The notes beneath the pieces were generated by a model, which was given only the letters and a program-made list of their open reading frames with translations, had not been told where the DNA came from and did no database searches. Both the position numbers and the translations under genes were made by a program. This document shows positions 54,370 through 64,000 of a stretch of 64,000 bases of DNA, piece by piece; position 1 is the stretch's first letter; the number at the start of each line of letters is the position of its first letter. Origin of the DNA: Octopus bimaculoides (lineage: Eukaryota); assembly GCF_001194135.2 (NCBI RefSeq), contig NC_068988.1, forward strand, positions 84,254,938 to 84,318,937. The letters run 5' to 3'.

Positions 54370-54787
54370 AATATATCATAGTTGACATAACAATGCGAAA
54401 TTTTTCATTTCTATTTGCAAATGAAAAATTTCACGTTGCTATGTCAGTACTGAAAGTTGGCATTGAGAAACCTTTTTAAAGGAGTGAATCATATATATAA
54501 AGCAGTATTATTTATTTTTAATAAAAAAATAAACTGAAGGCCCTCAAATTATTCATGCATCCCAAGTATAGAAGCAATTTGTGCAGCTGTTTTTGCATGA
54601 AATGCAAATACACACATACACGTCACGTACACATACACTGTGATCGGCTTGAAAAATTAAGACACCAGGATATTTTCCTACTTTTCTTAACATGAAACCA
54701 ATGGTAGCCTTAATTTACAAATAAAGAAATTACATCCACCAATGCAGTGTTAAGTACTCATTTTCACCGTTCAACATCTATATATTT

Positions 54788-54866
<79 letters not shown>

Positions 54867-54909
54867 TATAATAATCCATATATCACATCTCATTTCATTA
54901 TTTTTGTAG

Positions 54910-55126
54910 CCAACTCACATTGCTGATTTCACTGATGTAGAATCTATCCAGACATTATCTGCCACTTCTGATGACAAAGGTGTATTACAGCTGAAGATAG
55001 CCGGTGCTACAGAACCTTTGACTTTAACCTGTGTGTCTGTAAGTGGTGCTGAAGACATGGCAGATCTTATTGATGGTTATTGTCGTTTGGTCAACAACAC
55101 ACATAGTTCTTTGTGGAAACGAAAAG
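54910..55126 (+). CDS. PTK2: FAK exon H (FERM F3, end of FERM)
   Basis: TTTTTGTAG acceptor, AAG|GTAAGC donor, 217 nt, phase 0-1. PTHIADFTDVESIQTLSATSDDKGVLQLKIAGATEPLTLTCVSVSGAEDMADLIDGYCRLVNNTHSSLWKRK contains the FAK hallmarks LQLKIAGA and ADLIDGYCRL. Confidence 0.95.
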
Positions 55127-55200
55127 GTAAGCCAAACATGGTTTCATTGTAGTATTTACATTTTCAATAATTTATTGTAGTTTTTACAAAACATTCTATT

Positions 55201-55309
55201 ATGGATTAACTACTCTATATCTTATGGATTAACTGCTCAATATCTTATGGATTAACTGCTCAATAACTTATGGATTAACTGCTCAATAACTTATGGATTA
55301 ACTGCTAAG
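55201..55309. repeat. 23-bp minisatellite (~4.7 copies)
   Basis: Unit ATGGATTAACTGCTCAATA(T/A)CTT at 55201, 55224, 55247, 55270 and 55293. Confidence 0.95.
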
Positions 55310-55810
55310 ATTTTGATGTAAATGATATTGAACATTCAATCATCACATCCATTTTTCATTCTAGCATGGATTGGCTAGCTCTCATTGTATTTCAACACTC
55401 ATCATGGTTCCTTGTGATCTGGTACACACACAGTAACAGAGTATTACTGGCCAGTACTGCTTCTGTCAATATCATAGATTTTACAGCTCAACACCCTTCC
55501 TAATACCAATGCCATTACAATGTTGACTGGATGTATTTTATTTTGGCATATTACAAATACTGATTAAAAACATCAGACCCACCCCGACTGATTGAGCTCA
55601 AGCCATATTTCTATTGCTTATCTGATCACCAAGTCACTGATTACTCTTCCAAAGAGCCTTTACTATTCAATTTTTTGGGATTAATTACTATAGTTTAATT
55701 CATGTGGCCATTTCTCATTCCAAATATGAATCTAGTGTTAGACATCTTGGTCTGTTGGAGATTAAAATGACCTAGCCTGCTGGCATTGAGGCAATGTTAA
55801 AAGTAAAACT

Positions 55811-55858
<48 letters not shown>

Positions 55859-56768
55859 NNNNNNNNNNNNNNNNNNNNNNNNNNNNNNNNNNNNNNNNNN
55901 NNNNNNNNNNNNNNNNNNNNNNNNNNNNNNNNNNNNNNNNNNNNNNNNNNNNNNNNNNNNNNNNNNNNNNNNNNNNNNNNNNNNNNNNNNNNNNNNNNNN
56001 NNNNNNNNNNNNNNNNNNNNNNNNNNNNNNNNNNNNNNNNNNNNNNNNNNNNNNNNNNNNNNNNNNNNNNNNNNNNNNNNNNNNNNNNNNNNNNNNNNNN
56101 NNNNNNNNNNNNNNNNNNNNNNNNNNNNNNNNNNNNNNNNNNNNNNNNNNNNNNNNNNNNNNNNNNNNNNNNNNNNNNNNNNNNNNNNNNNNNNNNNNNN
56201 NNNNNNNNNNNNNNNNNNNNNNNNNNNNNNNNNNNNNNNNNNNNNNNNNNNTATATATATATATATATATATATATTATAGCAACATCAGTGACATAGTC
56301 TGATATCATTTTTGTGAGATACTATATGTTGACACAGGGTTTCCTTATTTGTACCCAAATATTTGTGCAGAAGAATAGGGCTATGAAATCTCATGTTAGT
56401 ATGAATGGTCGTCTTGAAAATAGTGATGAATAAAGCTTTAAAACTAGAAATTTGTGAAGAAAATGAAAGAAACTGTTAGATATTTACCTTAGCATAAAAA
56501 GGAGAAAGTTTTTCTCTGATTATTTTTAAGCAGACTGGGCTTTCTGGCAACAATACTAGTAACATGCATAATGCTATAAAATTGAATCTCTGTGTGTATT
56601 TCGAAAGTTGATAATGAAGGATTGTGAGAGAAGAAAAGAGGAAGCATATAGGGCAGTGGAAGGTGGAGCAAGAGCATAAATATGATTAGAGAGAAGTTGG
56701 AGGAAATATTACATAGGCTGCTGTGGAGAGGCAAAGAAGAGACACTACATCTACTGAGAAAGAATGTA

Positions 56769-57675
56769 TTGGGTCATGCCATAGATAATGCAGTTTTTTC
56801 AATTGCATGAACTAAAAGTTGGAGGGGGGATGGGATAAACTACCTGCCTCAACTTGCTATAAAAGCAGGTAGTAATTTTACCTTGTATTTATTCTTACTG
56901 CAAATTTTGAAGAGTGCCGTTTCATTTTAAGTTATTTTTTCAAAGCTATAATGGAAGTGACAAAGGAGCATATTCGGCATATTTTGTTGTACGAGTTCAA
57001 TAAAGGTAACAACACAGCGCAAAGTGCAAAGAATATTAATGCAGTATATGGGGATCGCACAATAAGCGTAATCCAGTGTCAAAGGTGATTCCAGAAATTC
57101 TGAGCCGGAAACTACAGCCTAGGAGATGGGGCTCATCCTGGAAGATCTGTAGAGCTTGACGAGGATGTCCTGCAATCCCTAGTGGAATAAAATCCCATCG
57201 TAACTGTTGAGGAATTAGCAGAGAAGTTTGAATTTGGTCATTCAACTTATCATTCAAGTCAGCACCAGAAGAAAAACAACCAATTTTGGTTTCAAGACGA
57301 AAGGTGTTCTTCCATCAGAATAATGCTCGGCCACATACAGTGAGGATGACATTCCAAAGGCTGGAGTTTTTTTGAATGGGACACCATATTCGCCAGACAT
57401 CACCCCATCTGATTATCATTTATTTTGTAGTTTTCAAAATCATTTGGATGGAAAAAATATGAATTCTGTAGACGAGATCAGAACAGTACTGGAGGAGTAT
57501 TTTTCATCACAGACAAGTGAATTTTGGAAGAGGAGCCTTGCAAGTCTACCAGATAGCTGGAAGAACATTGTAGAAAATGAAAGAGTATATTTTAGATTAA
57601 AAAAGAACTTTGTCTTAATTTTGAAAAATAAAAGAATTATTAAAAAAAGACTGCATTATTCATGGGATGACCCAA
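56769..57675 (+). mobile_element. Internally deleted mariner (Mos1/SETMAR-like) transposon
   Basis: TIRs TTGGGTCATGCCATAGATAATGCAG and CTGCATTATTCATGGGATGACCCAA with TA TSDs. From 56951 the HTH region MEVTKEHIRHILLYEFNKGNN... contains stops. C-terminal NNARPH and YSPDITPSDYHLF motifs; the central catalytic region is deleted. Confidence 0.92.
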
Positions 57676-59959
57676 TACTTCATCCAACAGGGTAGGTGAT
57701 TGATAGATACTGCTACTAGGATATACAACATAGCAGAAAACACTTATCATACAACTAAATACAAAGTGCAGTCAACATACCATGTGACTAACAGCATAAG
57801 AAGACAAACCATGTTAGTGTACAACTGTGAGTTTATATGCCATAGATAGAATTTTAATCTATTAACTTTATATATTTTAAGTTATATGAATGTTAAAGTT
57901 TTGATGACTGTAATGACAACATGTAATTCATTTTATTTGCAATTGCATATAAGACAATAAAAGCAGTGATATACATGTATATATACACTTGCATATATAT
58001 ATATGCACACAATATCATGTGTATACTCACAGCATATTAAACTGCTCCTGACTTTTTATTCACCTTGCACGGCAATCACTATCTTTACCTTGGTCTTTTA
58101 GAGTGAAGAGCCTTTCCTTTCAAAGATAATACATTCCCAAAAATTGTGGTTTAGATACCAGATCGTGTTATTTTTATTCAATGTTTAGACAGTCGTAGCA
58201 ACGGTTTTGGACTGTAAATTTGAGCCTTAGGTGCTAAGCCACTAAGCTATACATTTAATTCTACATTGCTTTATCCCACCAAGTTTTCAGGGACAAGTAT
58301 GAAATCATTAAGGGATATCAATGAAGATAGATTGTTATGTCCTAGGGGAGCATTATCTCTCTTCGGCATAATTCTGTGAAACTGGAGCTAAACAAATAGA
58401 TTCTTTTCAGCTCTTTTGGCAGTTTGGAGATATTTTTATTTTGTCATCGGTTGAGAGTTCAAATCTACTTTGGATCTCTTCATTGTTTGTGCAGAACTTT
58501 TAATACATTCCATTCAGTTCACTATAATGTGTGATCAATAGACTGGTGTCCTATCCAGAGGCTGGGTTTGTCAGTGTCTGACCTGAAATCCAAGTAAATT
58601 TATTTGATGTGGTTTAATCTTCATTATCCCTCCTCAATTGAACATAATATTTTCTCTTGTTGATCCAGTGGAGCTCTGGCACAGAAGTAGTTAAGCAAAC
58701 AGCTAGGTGTGATCTACAAACCTATTATTCCAATACCATGCCTCACCCAGTGGAGGACCAACTGTGTACCTCAGCAATCAATAGTTTGTGTAAAGATTCA
58801 GTGTGGTAGTCTGAATTTATTGTATTTTCTTTACTGTCCAGTCTGATTCTGTATGTTAGTAGATTCTGATGGTGACCACAGTGAAAATAGGCTATGTGGT
58901 CTTGATCAGGATACAGCAGTTGTTGATTTACTTCATCAGTGTTTGGGTTTAACGGCATCATTGACGATGACGGCTCAATGGAAGAGACAGTGCTTTTAGG
59001 ATGGTATGTAGTTGTTTTCTAGTGTGTTGTACATGTGTATGAACTCAGTGGGAGTGATTGTGGTGTCTGGATGATATAGGAATGTTGTGGGATTTAGGAG
59101 ATGTCCAGTGAAAGGGAGGGGGGGGGGCATAGTTTTACGATGGTGATATGTGTGTGTGTCTGTGTGTATGTATATATATACATAGATAGATATTTGGACT
59201 GAATGACAGTGTTGTTAGGATGGACTTAGTGTACTGTTCTGCTGTATTATAAATATGTATAGAGGAATGGTGGTTTTAGGAAAGAAGATGTGTCTGGGGT
59301 GTTTTAGGATGATTAAGTTTGCAATTGGAGGTTCTCTGTGACTTGGAGCTTGTGGTAATAAAATGTGACATCCTTGGGTTTTCACTAAAAGATGCAGTCA
59401 TCTTGAAGGTTGTGCTTCAAGTTGAGAAAGGTTATTTTTAAATGTGAATATTGACTATACGTGTTTGTGTGTGTTCTCACAGAAGTTGTATGTATTGTGA
59501 AGTAACCCAGTGTAATTAAGGTTTGGTCTATAAAGTTTTGTTGTGTTCCAATAGGAAGTAGCAGTTTGTAAAGTGGCTTTCCTGTTACTACTTAAGTCAA
59601 ATTCAATAGTCATCTGTCTTATACTCCGGAATTATTTGTTGTTTAGTTCATGGCGGAATGTCCTCTTTCACCATCAAAAATGTTTTACCATTCTATGTAA
59701 TGCTGTTCAGTTGTTAATCATCATCATCATCATCATGAAAAGAAAACCAAGATCAAATTTGTTATTTTTCGCAAGTAAAAAATGTTTTTTTTTGTTCAAA
59801 TGTCTTTTTTTTTCTTTAGATATAAATCTTCTTTTTTTTTGTCATTTCAATTCTTTTGTGTTTCAATTTAAATATTTTAGTTAAGTTTCTTTTAATTTTT
59901 CTTGTTTTTCTTTTTTCTTTTTTTTTTCTTTTTTTCTCCCCTACGTTTCCTATTTGAAG

Positions 59960-59998
59960 CCAACAATTTCAGATGTTCATCTGCCTCCGAAAGTGAAG
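59960..59998 (+). CDS. Candidate 39-nt cassette micro-exon in the FAK FERM-kinase linker
   Basis: About 60-nt pyrimidine tract (59881-59950), then TTTGAAG acceptor and AAG|GTTTGT donor. Length is divisible by 3 and it is open in the incoming phase 1 (ANNFRCSSASESE). A second AG at 59971-72 would give a 26-nt exon. No homology support. Confidence 0.4.
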
Positions 59999-61799
59999 GT
60001 TTGTAAACAGTTATTAATTTCAACTTGAATGTTATTAATTCCTTTTGTAGTCACAAGGTCACACGCTTGCAGGAGAGCAGACATTTCTTTCTCTTTTTCT
60101 TTTTTTGGTTGGTGGTAGAGTGTAGCATTGTAGTTTGATTGTATTAACTCCGCTATAAAACTGGTATCTGGACCTTTATATTAATTTTGTGGGACAACAG
60201 GCAAAGACAACTTTAGTCTGGCATTCTATCGTTTGTGTCATTCAGGAGACCTATCTAGAATTTAAAGTCAAATATTATATGATTTATTAAACGACAATTT
60301 GTATGTCTCTCTAGGTTTTGTAAAATAACAAACACAAAATGGTTAAATAAGCCAACCTTGAAACCATGAAATATCTGCTCCCCAAAATATTCTAGCTAAT
60401 TTTTGTAGCAGCTTTATATGACTTCTATGAATGTCCTATAACCACATAAATCATGAAAGTTTATATTATATCCACTTATTTGAATTGTTCAATCTAATCT
60501 CTCAGAGTAAATTCTATATCTTTCTTTTTTGTTTTTGTTGTTTTTTTTTATAAGACTAACACGAGTCTCTATGGGAATTTATATTCAGTTCCTTGGTTTA
60601 GTCACTATTACAGTCAAATTATCTTCAGCTAGCTCCCTGTTATTTTTATTACGGAGTCAATATGGGCCACTGAGATAACTTGTATATTCTTAACTCAAAT
60701 TGGTCTATATAGTAACCAAATGTATTTTCATCCGACCACTGATCAAATCTACCCTCGTTCAGCTTCTATCCAAATGTACCTTTACTGAATTCCTGACCAA
60801 ATGTACCTTCAGGTTAACAATAAAGCTTAAAACCCTTGCTGGTATTGTTTTTCTACCTTGACATAGGGTTACAAATTTTGGCAGGTGTTGGCAAGGTTAC
60901 AGCCAATTATATCAATCCCAGTATTTGACTGGTACTTTTTCTCAACTTTGGAAGGATAACAAAAAAGCATTGGGCTTTGATTGGATTTGAACTCAGAATG
61001 TAAATTATTCTATCTAGCACCATTCTACTACACCACCCTTGTATTCCTAGTAATAACGAGGAAGATGATATGGTTTCTTATCAAAACACCAGGTTACCTG
61101 TTGAGCAGAAAGGAGAGTGAGTGTGACAAAGTGGAATGCACTGCTCTTTCTCTTTTTTTAATTATCTTATTCCTCCCATCCACAGTTTGAAAGCTTAGTT
61201 TGAATGTCAAGTGTTTGAACTCAAACTCTTGATGGTGGAAGAATTTATTGAAAGATAGCCAAAATACTTTGCAGTAGTATCATATAATTTTCTCTTTATT
61301 TTCTGAGTTCTAATCATAATAGTCAACTTTGGTATTTATTTTCTCAACTTTAGAAGGAGTAAATCTAGTCAAGTACTGGAGCCTATGTAATTAACTATAA
61401 CCTTCCTCAAACAGCTGTGCCCATGGGCTTATGAATGGGGGGAATATGTAAAAAATATCTTCACAGGGAGACTGCCCATAATGTTTCCATGCATTTTTAG
61501 ATTATTAAGACTTATATGACTGATGTCCAGTCTAGATTATCTACAGAAAATAATTGGGCAAGGGGTCTCATGCCTATTATTCTACTGATTCAAGCAATGA
61601 TACGATGAGGTTGATGATGATGATGATGATGTTTGTGATAGTATATTAAAACCACTCCATTTCAGCTCAAAGATGGGTTTAGTTTACTGAGTCTGTTCTT
61701 TAGTATATTACCAGTATTTAGCAATACGGCTCTTATTACTACTCTACTTCAACATATACAATATTTCTGACTAATGCATTATGTTTATTTATTTTACAG

Positions 61800-61830
61800 C
61801 AGATACTATGCCACGGACATCTCGTTCTAG
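61800..61830 (+). CDS. PTK2: FAK linker micro-exon (31 or 28 nt; NAGNAG acceptor)
   Basis: Branch-point-like TGACTAAT at 61768-75, TTTTACAG|CAG acceptor, strong AG|GTAAGC donor. Phase 1-2 reading gives (A)DTMPRTSRS, the same phases as I recall for the short vertebrate EGERALPSIPK linker exon. Confidence 0.75.
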
Positions 61831-62629
61831 GTAAGCATTATTTGAATTTAACTTAAAATTTGACCTGAATATTAACCTAAAATTTACCTACAATTTAACA
61901 TAGCTTAAATATTCAAGTATCATTTGAGATTAAAAGGAATCATGATGATGATTGATTCCTTTTAATCTAAAATTATAATTTACTAATCAATAGGTAACCG
62001 AATAAAAATATTGCTTTATATATATNNNNNNNNNNNNNNNNNNNNNNNNNNNNNNNNNNNNNNNNNNNNNNNNNNNNNNNNNNNNNNNNNNNNNNNNNNN
62101 NNNNNNNNNNNNNNNNNNNNNNNNNNNNNNNNNNNNNNNNNNNNNNNNNNNNNNNNNNNNNNNNNNNNNNNNNNNNNNNNNNNNNNNNNNNNNNNNNNNN
62201 NNNNNNNNNNNNNNNNNNNNNNNNNNNNNNNNNNNNNNNNNNNNNNNNNNNNNNNNNNNNNNNNNNNNNNNNNNNNNNNNNNNNNNNNNNNNNNNNNNNN
62301 NNNNNNNNNNNNNNNNNNNNNNNNNNNNNNNNNNNNNNNNNNNNNNNNNNNNNNNNNNNNNNNNNNNNNNNNNNNNNNNNNNNNNNNNNNNNNNNNNNNN
62401 NNNNNNNNNNNNNNNNNNNNNNNNNNNNNNNNNNNNNNNNNNNNNNNNNNNNNNNNNNNNNNNNNNNNNNNNNNNNNNNNNNNNNNNNNNNNNNNNNNNN
62501 NNNNNNNNNNNNNNNNNNNNNNNNNNNNNNNNNNNNNNNNNNNNNNNNNNNNNNNNNNNNNNNNNNNNNNNNNNNNNNNNNNNNNNNNNNNNNNNNNNNN
62601 NNNNNNNNNNNATATATATATATATACTA

Positions 62630-63295
62630 GCAGAGATACCCATTGTTGCCCGTGTTACATGCAATTGAAGAATGAGACTTTTCTGTTATATTTTCTGTAA
62701 GGAATACATATGATTCGAATTTCATCAAAATTGCACATGAGGGTTCTTTCCCTCTTTATACATTCTAATCATGAGACATGTATCCCATACTATTGATCTT
62801 TATGCGCATATTCCAAAATTTCAGTCTTCTGGAACCTGTAAAAAGGTTTTTGCTCCTGAAAAATGGAGCTCATGGAGCTCTAAAATGTAGGAATGAAGGA
62901 CCCTATTGGGGGTGGGTGTGTTAATGTCAACCAGAGAAGTTGAATTGTTGGGAATGTTTTTAACTTGAGTCTTATAGTATGCCTGTATATATGTGAGAGT
63001 ATAGTCTCACTTGAATATTAAAGTGAAAGTATTTGAAATTACAGTAGCAACATGTTATTGTTTCACTTTTGACAGGTAATACTGAAACAGTGGAAAAGTT
63101 TCAGTGTTAAAGTGAAAGTATCTGACATTACAGTAGAGTGATGTTATTGTTTCATTTTTGACACGTAATACTGAAATAGTGGAGGAGATATGATATTGCT
63201 GTGGGCTCGAACTATGCAAGAAGTTAAAAAATTTTTTGGCCTAAGACACTACATGGACCCTAAGTAAGGCATGTGTTAATTTGGAATGAATTTCA
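62630..63295. mobile_element. Non-autonomous Helentron/DINE-like element
   Basis: Terminus ACTAGCAGAGATACCC...TTGCCCG next to a (TA)n tract, and an internal ~88-bp tandem duplication (63020-63190). Assignment is by terminal-motif resemblance only. Confidence 0.45.
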
Positions 63296-63405
63296 ATTTC
63301 ATTTTATATATATATATAATATATTGCAATTTCATTATATATATATATAATATATTGCAATTTCATTATATATATATATATATATATTGCAATTTCATTA
63401 TATAT
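63292..63405. repeat. ~32-bp AT-rich tandem repeat
   Basis: (TATTGCAATTTCATTATATATATATATAA)-like unit, about 3.5 copies. Confidence 0.85.
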
Positions 63406-63408
63406 ATC

Positions 63409-64000
63409 ATCATCATCGTTTAACGTCCGCTTTCCATGCTAGCATGGGTTGAACGATTTGACTGTGGACTGGTGAACCAGGTAGCTACACGAGGTTCCAA
63501 TCTGATTTGGCAGAGTTTCTACAGCTGGATGCCCTTCCTAACACCAACCACTCTGAGAGTGTAGTGGGTGCTTTTATGTGCCACTGGCACAAGTGCCAGG
63601 AAGGCAACGTTGGTAACGATCACGGTCAAATGGTGCTATTTACGTGCCACCGGCACGGAAGTCAGACAGCTGCTCTGGCAACGATCATGGTCAGATGGTG
63701 CTCTTAGTGCTCCACTGGTACAGGTGCCATCACGATTTCACTTTCGCTTGCCTCAACAGGTCTTCGCAAGCCGAGTTTAGTGTTCAATGAAAGAGACGTT
63801 GGCATGGGTGCCAGGCGTCAAATTTAGTTCGATTTCGATTTCACTTACCTCAAAAGGTCTTCGCAAGCAGAGTTTAGTGTCCAATGAAGGAATGTTACGC
63901 ATAAGTGGGCTGGCTACATCCTTGGCAGAGGCCTTGGATTTTGGTCTCACTTGGCTTGTCGGGTCTTCTCACGCACAGCATATTTCCAAAGGTCTCGGTC
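63409..64000 (-). mobile_element. RTE-clade LINE 3' end (young; runs off the window)
   Basis: 63947-64000 on the minus strand reads DRDLWKYAVREKTRQAK*. It is followed by a 3' UTR with an internal ~90-bp duplication and the tail ...GCATGGAAAGCGGACGTTAAACGATGATGATG. Near-identical tail copy at 39182-39390. Confidence 0.8.

Overview
AT-rich, repeat-dense metazoan genomic DNA with four N-gaps. The SINE/MITE landscape suggests an octopus or other coleoid cephalopod (inference). The one clear host gene is a focal adhesion kinase (FAK/PTK2-type) gene on the + strand. Eight GT-AG exons (12590-55126) splice in frame to encode the whole FERM domain. They are followed by a 28/31-nt linker micro-exon with a NAGNAG acceptor (61800/61803-61830) and a candidate 39-nt cassette micro-exon (59960-59998). 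The kinase and FAT exons lie beyond the window. The introns hold a bounded Buster-type hAT transposon with a perfect 8-bp TSD, a Chapaev3-like transposon, mariner relics (one a fold-back element), a Helitron fragment, RTE, R4/Dong and Gypsy relics, piggyBac-type MITEs, many tRNA-derived SINEs, minisatellites and microsatellites. There is no CRISPR array, rRNA or true tRNA gene. I see no clearly new biological system. The most interesting signals concern splicing of the FAK linker, the 5' leader, and intronic dsRNA-forming inverted repeats.
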